From Paecilomyces variotii (lineage: Eukaryota): 64,000 bases of DNA. Location of the stretch: NCBI GenBank assembly GCA_004022145.1, contig RCNU01000021.1. One strand, written 5' to 3'. Numbering within the stretch: position 1 is the stretch's first letter; each line of letters begins with the position of its first letter. Positions 13,209 to 25,956 of the stretch are shown in pieces. Position numbers and translations under genes: made by a program. Below the pieces are notes generated by a model. It was not told the origin of the DNA. It searched no databases and was given only the letters and a program-made list of their open reading frames with translations.

Positions 13209-13288
13209 TCCGTGACTAGCTCACCCACACCATTCTGTCGTGGGTGAGCCCTCCCGCATTTGTACTTCTTACTGTATTTGCACTTTTT
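13209..13288 (+). repeat. Left terminal inverted repeat of pogo element
   Basis: tccgtgactagctcacccacaccattctgtcgtgggtgagccctcccgcatttgtacttcttactgtatttgcactttt matches the reverse complement of 31202-31281. Confidence 0.9.
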
Positions 13289-14307
13289 AAAGCTATTTAA
13301 TTAATCTCTGTTACAACACACTATTAAATAACTAAAAAAGGGTGTTATTAGATTCTGCTAATTCTGCTGTATAAATTAATATATTAATTTCTTATTTAGG
13401 GGTTAGTGTTAGTATTTAAACTAAGGATTTTATTATGCTGTTTCTATAACCTCCGCCTTTTAGTTTTATTTAATTTGGCCCTTCTAACTGCAATTAATTA
13501 ATTTATATTTTATATACTTAATATACTACTCTTGCTAAGGGGTTTAACTTATTATCTAATATATTAATAATATAAAGGTACTTATATAGTATAGATCTTT
13601 TTAATTAAATTATTTATTATAATTAACTCTTTATTTAAAATCTTAATATGCTTAAAGATTCTTATTAGATTTTATTATAATTTTAATATAAGCTTCTTTA
13701 TATATTTTAATAATTTTTCTTAATTCTTTTAAAGAGCTTAAATTAATCTAAGTAAAATAATTTTAATATTAAATAAAGATATTATAGTAGATAGTAGAGA
13801 GAGGGTTTTCTTCTTATTTTCCTCTAGCTAATAAAGCTTTATTTTAATTATTTAATTAATAAGCAATTTAATAATTTTACTATTATTAACTAGGTATATT
13901 CTATATTCTTTAAAGGAGTTATAGATAATCTAGGAGTTAAAGGCTACTGCTTATATAGGCCTAATAATCTATAAGAACTCTAATTTCCTTATTAGCTTAT
14001 TAGCCTAGTAGGATAATTTATTATTTATTCTCTGCTAATACTGCTTATAATTTAAAAAGGGTTTATTATTAAGTAATTAATAGAAATAGGTTATATAAGG
14101 TAAAAAGTTAAAAGAGAGAATATTCTAATTCTTATAGAGCTAGAGAAACTCTACTATAAGATAAGATTTATAACTATTAAATATAAGAATATATTTCTCC
14201 TTATAATATATATAAGGGTTTATTATTAAAATAAAATAGTTAAGCTAGATTAAAGCTAACTTATTACTAATTTAGCTAATTAAAGATATTACTATAATAG
14301 TCTTAAT

Positions 14308-14541
14308 TATTATAGTACTAGTATAGGGAATTATATAAGGAGTTATATAATCTCGTAAAGATATCTTTAGCATATAACTTAATCTAAATTTAAGCTCTTT
14401 AAGCTATATCTTATTTATTAAGCCTGTCTATAATAGCTTATTCTAGTCTAAATTAGCTAAATAGAGATCTTATAGCTAATCCTAGTATTAACTACTTTAT
14501 TCTATTTATTTTAACCTGCTTTCTAAGCCTATATTTTAATA
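14308..14541 (+). repeat. 5' LTR of chromovirus element
   Basis: Shares cttaatctaaatttaagctctttaagctatat...aaattagctaaatagagat...aagcctata with 30233-30487; RIPed TG..CA ends read TA..TA. Confidence 0.85.
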
Positions 14542-15704
14542 CTATATAACTTCTATCTAGAAGTTAATATTATTAATAATACTTGCTTTAATTCTCTTAT
14601 TTTTACTAATAATTTTAAGAGAATTTATTAAATATATTATTACTAGCTATAGGCTAAAATAATATAATTATTATTGCCTAATATATAAATATATTAATAA
14701 AGCTAAGATTACTATAAATAAAATAAATTATTAAGCTAAAATATGCTTTTAAAAGCTTTAGCAAGAATTTATTATTATTTAATAAAGACTTAAATAAAAA
14801 ATTACTAAATTTAAGGCTATTTAATAATATTAGAAGATCTAGCTCTAAAAAAAAGAATAATAATATATCTAGGCTATTTTTAAGAGAGATTAAGCCTAGT
14901 ATATAATTATATTTATTATAAATATACCTCTATTTATATTTAAACTTAAGCTTAATATTAAGAGGCTTATAGCTGCTTTAATAAGAATATTTAAGATATT
15001 TATTATTATATCTTCTTTTGCCCTTAGACTTTTAAAAAGACTTTTTAATCTTAATAAATTTAAAGGTAATTAAAAGGACCTTTAGTACTTTATAGTTTAA
15101 ATCTAGAAGAAGATAATAATTAATTAAGACTAATTTTTAACCCTTTAGAGCTATATAGCCTATATAATTAATTACTTAAAGGATATACCTTATACCTAAG
15201 TATTACTATATATTAGAGATAAGACTTATATTTTTAATAATTATTAAGAGATTTTAAATATCTTAGAATATATATTTAATAACTCTAATTATATAAATAA
15301 TATATATAGTAAACTATTTAATCTCTATTAAATTAATAAGAAATTTAAAATTTTCTTTATTAAGTTCTAGCACTTAGTATTAGAAGAAGAAATATTTAAA
15401 AGAATATTATTTATCTTATTAAAATAAACTATTAGCTGAGAATTTTAAGAAATATTATTATATAGCTAGTCCCTAAGTTATAAATATTATTAGTTTATTA
15501 AATTTCTATAAGATTTTAAAAACTATTATTATTAATATATTATAAACTAGCCTTTTATTATAAAAACTTATACTGCTATTTTAAGACTTATTTAGTATAT
15601 TTAATCTCTCTTACTTACTTTAAGTCTTGCCCTAATTATAAGATATAATAGCTAGCTTTAGAAAAGCCCTATATAAAAAAATAAACTAGCCCTAGTATAG
15701 CTAT

Positions 15705-16031
15705 TATAGTAGGGAGAATCGGCGTAAAGAATATAATTAGTTAAGAGGTTATATGCTTCTGCTTAAAGTCTTTAAAAGTCTATAAAAAAAGCAGGAGAGG
15801 AATAATATAAGACCTTTCAGTTATTTAAAAAGAAATAATTAGCTTTATCTTTCTATTATTATTTAGTATTAGTTTAATATTAGATTATTATTAGTTTATT
15901 ATATTAGTTTATAGCTAAAGCTTTTTTTCTAGCTCTACTTTAAGCTTTAAAGTTAAATACCTTTCTCTTCCTTTTTAATACTTATTCGCTTAAAGACTCT
16001 ATATTAAGTTTTAATATATTATCCTATAATA
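15705..16031 (+). repeat. 5' LTR of inner Gypsy element
   Basis: tatagtagggagaatc...tatattatcctataata, colinear with 25630-25956. Confidence 0.9.
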
Positions 16032-19000
16032 AATTAGAGCTAAATATAAAGGGTATTAAAATATTAAGCAGAAATAAGAGAGAAAAGAGAACTAGAAGCT
16101 AAGGTTAAGGCTAAAGCTAAAGGAAGGGGTAAAAAGTAGTAAAAAGATAAGCAAAATAGCTAAGGAAGATTATTATTATAAATAAAAAGAGATAAATATA
16201 TCTCTTAAATTAGTAAAGATAATAAATATAATATAAAGTAAAAACACATATTAATAATAAGAAAAAGAAAGGACTATTAAATATAAGAAAAAGCTTAATA
16301 AATATAAAAGAAAAGCAGAAATTTAGAAAGAATAGAAAAGTATTAAGTAAGAACTATTTATTAAAAAATAGAAGAATTTCTTATTATTATCTTTATTATT
16401 ATTTTTTTAAAAAAATATAGAGAAAAGTACTAATCTTTTTAGTATTAGTTAAGATAAAAGGACTCCTAGCTTCTTAGTATTATTAGGTCTAGAGATATAG
16501 ACAGCTTAGGTATCTAAAAATATAGGATTATTAAAAGTATAGCTAATCTAGATTATATTAGCTTTATAAATATTAATGCTTAGAAATCTTAAGGTATTAT
16601 ATTTTAAAGGGAATAATATTATTTATTATCTAAGGCTTTTTAAGAGGCTATATAAGGTAAATTAATTTTTAAAAAAGGAAAAAGCTGAATAATTTGCAGA
16701 TTATTATAGCCTATTAATATTATTATAGATAAATACTTAATCTAAATATAAAGAAAAGAATTATTTAAAACTGGCAGAAGCAATTAAATAAGAATATGCC
16801 TATTATAATAAGTATTAAAGGAAATATAATATTTAATAGCTAAAAAGGTTTAAAAATATAAAATATAACAGCTTTAAGGATTTAAGGGAATATAACTAAG
16901 AATATTAAGCAGTATTAAAAGTACTAATAACTTTAAATAAATTAAGCCAATATTTATAGGGAGTTTAATATCTTTAAGGACTTTTAGAAAAGCTTAAGCA
17001 GTAAATAGTTTAAGAGTTAAATATAGATTATTATACTCTATCTATTATTAAATATACTAATTTCTATAAAAAGATAGTAGATAGGGTAAAAATAATTAAA
17101 ACCTTTTGCTATCTTAATAGCAGAAAACTAAAGAAAGATTAAGATATAACAGCTTTAATAAAAGAAAAGGTAATTAAAGAAGATAATATATAACTTTTTA
17201 TTAAATCTAATAGAATTTACCTAGATAAGAATAAGAATAGGATTAAATAATAGAGTATTAAAGTAAAGTTAATAGAGCAATTATAGATTAATTAGTTAAT
17301 AAAAGAGTTTAAAAAGTTAAAACTGTATAGTATACAGTATATAGGGAGGCCTAATAATAATATGCCTAATACTAGTATAAATATATAAGCTAGAGTATTT
17401 TTAGAATTTATACTAGCTAAAAGATCTAGAATTTCTCTAAACTTATATAATTTCTGCTAGGCTCTTAATTATATTTAACTTTATTGCCTAGATTTAAAAA
17501 ATCTCTTAAATTAGAAACTTATTTATTAGAGAAAAGATTATAAACTTTATTTTAGATTAAAAGGGTAGAATAGAGAAATTATCTGCCTTATCTAGGGAAA
17601 TATATTATAAAAAGTAATTATTAAACAGAGACTAAAAGAGAAATAAAAATAAGTTAGTTTAATTAAATATAATATATAATCTATTATACTAGGATAAATT
17701 AATAATAATTTAAGCTTTAAAGAAAAAGCTAGAGATATTATAGAAGATTATTATTTAGTTAATATAATAGAATTAAAGAAATCTTAAAGAATAAAGAAGA
17801 GACAGAGTAAGATTAAATAATAATATAAGGAAAAACTATAAAGAGTAATTAAATAAGAGTAAAAATTCCCCTTAATTAAAATAAACTGGTTTAGCAATTA
17901 TTAGCTATTAAATATAATTAAATAAGTAAGAGTAGTAGATAAAAATATAAAAGAAGCATTTAAACTGGGTAAAAGCGAAAAGATAACTAAGATAAGAGGA
18001 AAACTACCTCTAAAAAAGTTTAAAATAATAAATAAACTAAAGGGGACTATAGATATAGTAGGTATCATAAACTAGATCTTAGATATTAGGGTTTAAATAT
18101 CTATTAGAGACCTTATTAGATTATCTCTTAAGCTTTATAAAGCTTTATTTATCTCTTAATTACAACTAGTAATAACTAAAATATTATTCTATAACTTTAA
18201 AGCTATATAGTTTAATGTTTTAATATCTAATACGGAGTATATAGTAAATAGTTTAGACTAATATACTTATATATTATTGCAACTTAAGTCTCTTAATAAT
18301 AATAAGGTATTATATATAGCTATAACTCTAAAACTGCCTATTAAAATTAATAGATATAAAGAGCTATAAAATATTATAGTAGATAGCGGAGCTAAAATTA
18401 ATATAATATATAGAGATATAGTAAATTATTATAAGCTTATTATAAGCTAGAAGTTTAAGGGCAATATAATTTTAGTAAATAGCAGATAAACTTCTTTTAT
18501 AAGTCTCTATAAAGAGGTATTTATATAGATAGGATTTTTCTATTATAAGGTCCCTTTTTTTATAGTAAATAATAGGATTAATTATAACTATATCTTAGGA
18601 TAACTATTTAAATATTAAGCATACTTAAGATATATAGCCTTATTTAATAGAATAATAAAAAGTATAATTTATTTTATAAACTAAAAGAATCGAGTAGTAA
18701 TATAGGTGTTTTTAATAGATAATCTAAGAAATAAGTTAAGAGAAGAGATATTATATAATCTATTATCTTAAGTATAAGAGTTATTAAACTAGAGCTAGAA
18801 AAGAATAATAAATATTAAACTAAGAATAGAGAAAGCCTGCGGAAGCTATATTTAATAAATAATATTAGCTTTAAAATAAGTAAGGAAATTAAAAATAAAA
18901 GAATAGGGATATTTAAACCTATTAAATTAAATAAAGGAGTTAGAAGATTATAGGGGTATAGATTATTTAGAAGGTATAACCTTTTTATTATAAAAAATAA

Positions 19001-22000
19001 AATATTCTGTTAATATATAGTATAAAAAGAAATATAAAAAGATTTATCTAGTAAATATATTAAATAGACCTATAATAGCTCTAGGGGAGTTATTAAAATA
19101 GAAAGAAGTTATTAAGAAGTGCTATTATAGGAACCCCTAAAGAAGTATAAAAGAAATATATAGAGAATTTGCCAAATATATCTAGCTAAAGATATTAGAT
19201 ATTAAGAGAGAAATAAGACTAATACTAGACTATCTAAAAAATCTTATTATAGGTAATAATTTATAGCTAAAAGAGAAAGAACTATTAATAGAGATATTTT
19301 TTACCTAAAAAGCAATCTTTATCTAAATCTTTAAAGAAATTAGATAAATGCGCCTAAAAGTTATATCTCTAATTATTATTTAGATTATAGATTATAAACT
19401 ATAGCAAGCAAAGAGCTTTTTAATACTAAAGGCATTTTATAATATAATATAAGGAATAATAAAAGAGAGGATAAATATAAGAATCTTTAAATATAGTTAA
19501 AGACCTTATCGAAATCTATAGTTCCTAGTAAAAAAGAAAAGTAATAAATATTAGCTAATTAATATAGCTATAGAAGTTAATTAAGTAATAATATAAGATA
19601 TTAATCTACTCTCTTTAGCTAATAAGTTCTTAAAAAAGTTTAATAAAATATTAGTATTAATATTTATAGACTTATTCTTTAAGTATAATTAGTTAGAGTT
19701 AACTAAAGAATCGCGGGACTTAATAGCTTTCTATATGCTAGGGATTGGTTTAATTTATTAAGCTAGACTATTCTAAGGATAGATAAATATAATATAAGAG
19801 TTTATATAAAGAGTTATAAAAGTACTAGCAGATAATATTCCTAATATCTATAATATATTTCTAGATAATACGCTAATATAAGAACTTAAAACTAATTATA
19901 GGGGAGAAGAAATACTGCTAGGAATTAGAAGGTTTATATTTAAATATATCTAGAATATTAATAAGGTATTATATAGTCTTAAACTTATAGGTTTAATAAT
20001 TATTAAGGAGAAATTATAATTTGCAATATTAGGAATTAAAATAGTAGGCTATATATATAATACTAAGGGGAGATATCCTAAGTCAGCTAAGGTAATTAAG
20101 ATCTTAAAGTAGCTACTTTGTTAGAACTTGCAGAAAGTAAGAGAATTTCTAGGGGTTATAGCCTATTACTAGATATAGATTAAAGGATATATTATTAAAG
20201 CTAAGCCGATATATTTAATACTAAGGAAAGGATAAGACTTCTTTTAAGGGCTAGAATAATAAAAAATAATAAATATTTTAAAAGTAGCCTTAATAATAAT
20301 ATTAGTACTTAAACTAATTAATTATAGAGAGAGAGGTATAATTATTATTAATATTAATGCTAGTAGTAGCAAATAAGAAGTATAATTTATTTAAAAAAAA
20401 AAGAAGTTTAATAAGAGATATTTAGTTAGATATAAAAGTAGAGTATAAATATAGGCAGAGAGGCAATATAATAAAAGAAAGCTAGAGTATAGGGTAGTGC
20501 TAAAAGTATTTTGCAAATTTTAAGTATATCTATATAGTATATATTTTTAATTAGAAGTAGATATAAAAATTTTAGTTATATAATTAAATAGGATAGCTAT
20601 AGATTTCTCTAGGTTAATAGTTATTTAGTAGATTGCTTAGATTTAGTTATTTAACTTTAATATTATCTATATATTAAAGAAAAAGAACTTAGTTATAAAT
20701 AAATTATTTTAAAAGCTAGCAATAGAGTAAGACTTAGAAGAGGCAGAAGATAATAATATAGAGAAATTCTTAGACTTATAATTTTATGCAGTTTATTATA
20801 CTAATATATAAGAAATAGAATTAGATAGTATTTCTTAGTTAATATCTATATTATATTAGTTAAAAAAGTCTTTACTAATTATAAAATAATTATAAACTAT
20901 AATAAAACTAGACAATATAAATAGAGAATAATATATTAAGTTTAAGAAAGAGGCCCTAAAATATATAATATAAGATAGTATGCTTTTCTGGAGAGTATAA
21001 TAAAATCAGCCTTATTATATAGTTGTTAATAATAAGGAAAAGTAAAAAGAAATTCTTATAGCCCTTTATAAAGAGTATAGATATTATAAATATAAAGCAA
21101 CTTATTAAAAAGTAGCTAATTAATATTAGTAAAAGGGCCTATATAAATATATTGCCTAATAGGTAAAAACATATAATAAATATTAAAAGGCAGATAAAGA
21201 ATATATTAAAGAGGCATTATAGTCTATTTTTATTCTGCTAGAATAATTAAAGCTCTATTTAAATATTTATAAGATTATACTATTTAATAAAGAAAAAACT
21301 TATATTATAATGCTTTAAGATAACTTTAGCTAGATAAAATATTAAGCACTTAGTAATCTTACTTTAAGAGCTATTGCTAAGTTCTTATAAGAAGACTAGA
21401 TTTATTATTAAGGGGTAATAGAGACTCTTATTAATAATAGTAAATTAGAGAATAAAGCTATAATTAATATACTAGTATAAAAGTATAAAATTAACTATAT
21501 TAAGATTATATTATATAATCTATAGGCAAACAAAGTAGTCAAAGTTATATATAAATCTTTTATATATAGTATTAGAAAACTTATAAAAGAAATAAGGGTA
21601 AATTAGGTAAATTATCTACCAGCAGTAATCTAGGCAGATAAGAATATAGTTAAGATCTCTATAGGCTTAATATTATTCAGAGTAATTATAGGATATAATA
21701 TTATATTACTAATTAAACTAGAAGTACCTATTTAAAAGATTTTAGTATAGGATAAGGTTAAGACTATAAAAGATCTTCTACTCCTTTGCGTATAATAAAT
21801 AAAGCTTAAAGACTAAGATATAGAAGAGGCCTAATTTTATATCTAATATATAAGAGAAGCTAATAAAGAAGTCTTTAATAATAAAAAATAGCTTTGCGAA
21901 GAATAATTAATAGAAGGATAGCTTATTCTGCTTTATAATATAAAGCTTAAGATATCTTATTCTATAAAATTAATATACTGCTGGCTTAGATTATATTAAA

Positions 22001-22569
22001 TTAAAAAAGTTTTTAAAAAAGGATTCTATAAGCTTAAAGAGTTAAATAATATGTTTTTTAGGGATCTGATTTATAGGAATTATTTAAAAGGCTACTATTT
22101 ATAAGAAGATTAAAATAAAATACTAGCTATAAGTAATAATATAGCATTTAAGCAAGAAAATTAGCAACTAAGTAATAATAAAGATAATGCTGACTAAATA
22201 CTACCTAGATTAAAATATACAGTTATTGTTCTAGCATCTTCCTTTTAAAAATATTAGCTTAGAAGAAGAGAAATAAAAAACTAGCAATAAAATAAATTTA
22301 ATACTAAATAAGAAATTAGTTTAAAAAGAGAAGAAATAGAAGAATAATAATAAAATAAATACTAGTGCTATAATAAGAAGAAAAAAAGAATAAACTTAAG
22401 ATAAGGATATCTTCTTTAAGGGAAGAGAAAGATTTAAAGATACCTGATAATAATCTAGAAAGAAGAAAAAAAGAGATAATTAAAAAATATATAATATTAG
22501 CTTAAATACCTTGAAAAAGTCTATAAATAAAGCTAAAAATAGAAAATATTAGATAAAGAACATAAATAA

Positions 22570-25545
22570 TAAATAAAGAATTCTTATCTTATTATAAAAA
22601 CCTTATTTTTTATATTATATAATACTATAGCAGAAGTAACTAAAGACTAAATTAAGCTAAACTTAACCTTATCTTACCTTTTAAATATATTTTTTTGTTT
22701 AAAAACTATTTTAAAGAATTGCTCTATAAAGATATATATTAAAAATAGAAGAAAATATATTAAAAATATGAAATATTATTTATTAGGATAAAGCTCTTTA
22801 ACTTAAAATATATATATATATACTATAGTTAGCAAAATTTGTAAGCTTATAAAGGAAATAATAAATAAGGCTAATAATAAAAAAGAGAAAGTTTAGTTTA
22901 TAAATAATATAATAATAATTATTTTAAATTTTTAAAGTAAGTATAATAAAGCAATTAATAATTTTTATAATTTCTTAAACTAATAGAAGCTATTAGAAGA
23001 AGTAAAAAAGAAAGAAATATTAACTATTAATAAGCTAAAAGAATTAAAAATATAAGTAGAAAAGAATTATAAATATACTAATAAAAGTTATTATAAAGCT
23101 ATAGAGAAATAGGGCTAGAAGATTATAGATTAAGTCTTATTAATTATTAAATAATTATACTAGACCTTAATAGCTATAGGAGGATTAGCTTTTAATACTA
23201 GAGATTAAAGAATAATAGCTATATATCTGGCAAGAGTATAGGTTAATAGACTTTATAATATTAGGAGATAAAGAATATTAACTAAAAAGAGCCTTTAACT
23301 AACTAATATTAGAAAGATAAGAGATATTTTAAGAAAAGCCCTTAATAGAGAAGGACTAATTTTTTAAAAGCTTATTAATAAAAAACTATAAAAGGTTAAA
23401 ATAAGAGTAGAAGAGAATAATCTTTTAAAGGAGATTATAGGAGAAGAGAAAAGATATTAAATAAAAGATTTAAATAAGAGCTTATTAATAGATCTAATAT
23501 TAGATAAAGGAGAGGAAAATATAAAGAAAGAGAAAAAAGAAAAAAAGAGGATTAAGAGTCCTAAAAAGCTAAAAAGGGAAAAAAAATTTAAGATTTAAGA
23601 TAAGAGAAAATAGTTAGAAAAAGGATATAAATATAAAATTAGCATATTTATATTAATAGAAAAGGCTATTACTAATCTAAAAGATAAAAAAGTATTAAAA
23701 CTTTTAAGGGAAGAAAAGATTAAACCCGCTACTATATATTAAGTTTATATTAAAAAAGTATAAAATATAATAAGGCTAAGGAATGCAAAAGATAATATCT
23801 TTAAAGAAAAATTAAAAATATTTATAGATAGTAATAATAACCTTAAATATTAGAGTATTAATATAGACTATTAAAAATAGTTTTAAGGGGAATAGAGACT
23901 TAATACTAACTTTAAGAATTATTACTGCCTAGATAAGGGGGAAACTAAAATATAGTCCTAGCTAAATAGACTAAATATAAGCATTAAAAAGGTTAAAGAA
24001 GTCTTATAATAGATTAATCTAGGAAAAATTAGCTTAATTTATAAGCTATATATATAATTATTAGCTAATATAATTAATATAAAGAAGGATATATTTATAA
24101 AAGAAGCTAAAGAAGTATTAAAAGCAGTTAGAAATATAAAGCTAGTAGTAGTAAAGCAGTAGAAGAAGAGATTATTTAGAATAATAAACTATCCTTATAG
24201 AAGTTTACTTAAAGAAATTAAATAATCTATAAATAAAACCTCTAAAAGTAAATAAATAATAGAATTTCCTAGTAAAACCTTAGGAATTAATATAAAAATC
24301 TCCTTTTCTACAGTAAACCTAGAAGACCCCTTTATTAAAAAAGAAACCGGGCATTTAAAAGATATGCAGAACGCCAGAACTATATAATTTAAAGATAATT
24401 TAAAGGCTAAGCAGATATTAGGCATACCTAATAATAACTGGGCTAAAAGAAGAATAAAGAGTCCTATTTTAGGAAGTCCTAAAAGTATAAAAGATAGAGA
24501 TAATATAGAAGTTAAAGAAACCTTATCTAAAAATCTTCTCCCTAAGAAATCTCTAGTATTAGAGATAGTTTAAATATTTAGAGAACTTAGATTAATTAAT
24601 ATAGATATTTTTAGTAATATACCTAATAGCTTATATTATAAAGCTTAAGATAATCTATATAAGGCTAAAAAGTATCCTGAATCTAAGTATAGGGACAAAA
24701 AATATTTTAACCTAAGTAAAGAAGACTTTACCCTAAATAAGATATAAGACTAATATATTTAGTTAAGTATTATAATAAGGGAGGACTTTAATTATTAGAA
24801 AGCGAATAGGATTTTTTAGATTATATCTTTTAAAGAGAAACTAATAGAAGAGATATTATAATATACTATTATAAAAGTAAAAGCAGCCCTTTATTATAAG
24901 AAGGAGGATAAAGGATTAATAGGGTTTAAGAATTTATTGCGCAGTATTCTCTAGAAGGTTATTATATAAGATATCTAGGTCTATTTAATCTAATTAGTAT
25001 TATATAATTATAGTAAGTATAAGTTATAGATCTAATATTTTAAGAGATATAAGCCTAAGGTATTAAATATAGAGACTAAGATCTCTAAAAGAGGAATAGG
25101 CTAAGGCTTTATAATCTTAGGGACTAGACTAATTATTAGAGATAAGTCTACAAAATCTATAGGCTTAAGAGATATTATATTTAGGCGGGGAGAAGTAACC
25201 TTTATTAATAATTTATATTAGCTAATATTAAAGAATTAAGAAATAGATTTTAATAGTATCTGCTGTTTTAATTATAAGAAATAAGATAAGATAAGATCTA
25301 ATTAAAGAGAATTTAGGCCTTTTAATATTTAGGTAAATAGAGTTATAGCTATAGGCAAAGCGATATTTAATTAGTTAAACTAAAATTGCTTAGAAGTTAA
25401 AGCAGAGCTATACTTTATATTAAAGTAAGATATATTATTAGTCTAAGATTATTTGTAGAGAAAAGAGATTTAGCTTTATAAGTTAAAGGTTTTAAGATAT
25501 ATATAATACTAGAAACTAGAGCATTCCTGCTTCGGGAATAATTTA
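22570..25545 (+). pseudogene. RIP-mutated accessory ORF (~1000 codons) between integrase and 3' LTR of inner Gypsy element; boundaries approximate
   Basis: Long stretches read in one frame as protein once TAA/TAG are read as RIPed Gln/Trp/Arg codons (e.g. EKWG, GGLA, LARA.V.RL, GC.C, C..H, GFKNLLRSILQ). Confidence 0.6.
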
Positions 25546-25629
25546 TAATATTAAAAGGAGGAGATAGTATAAATAATAATAACTAAAGAAGGTAAATAGA
25601 GATATTTACTTTTAGAGAGGGGGAAGCTA

Positions 25630-25956
25630 TATAATAGGGAGAATTAGTGTAAAGAATATAATTAATTAAAAGATTATATATTTTTGCTTAAAGTCTTTAA
25701 AAGTTTATAAAAAAAGTAAAAGAAGAATAATATAAGACCTTTTAGTTATTTAGAAAGAAATAATTAGCTTTACCTTTCTATTATTATTTAGTATTAGTTT
25801 AATATTAGATTATTATTGGTTTATTATATTAGTTCGCAGCTAAAGCTTCTCTTCTAGCTCTACTCTAAGCTCTAAAGTTAAATACTCTTCTCTTCCTTCT
25901 TAATACCTACTTGCTTAAAGACTTTATACTAAGTCTTAATATATTATCCTATAATA
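25630..25956 (+). repeat. 3' LTR of inner Gypsy element
   Basis: tataatagggagaatt...tatattatcctataata, followed by TSD ctat. Confidence 0.9.

Larger units (their letters stand above)
15705..25956 (+). mobile_element. RIP-inactivated non-chromoviral Ty3/Gypsy LTR retrotransposon (10.25 kb) nested in the gag region of the chromovirus element
   Basis: 327-bp LTRs 15705-16031 and 25630-25956; 4-bp TSD CTAT (15701-15704, 25957-25960); PPT agagagggggaag. De-RIPed protease VDSGAE (18379-18396), RT PYRNPWFLVKKK / DLFSGYDQ / FLDD (19858-19869), RNase H DAS, integrase YNPQANGVVE and RWLGPY (~21979-21996); no chromodomain seen. Confidence 0.9.

Noticed and set aside
24195-24425. 76-aa minus-strand ORF within the island
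   Set aside because: Chance ORF antisense to the RIPed accessory ORF
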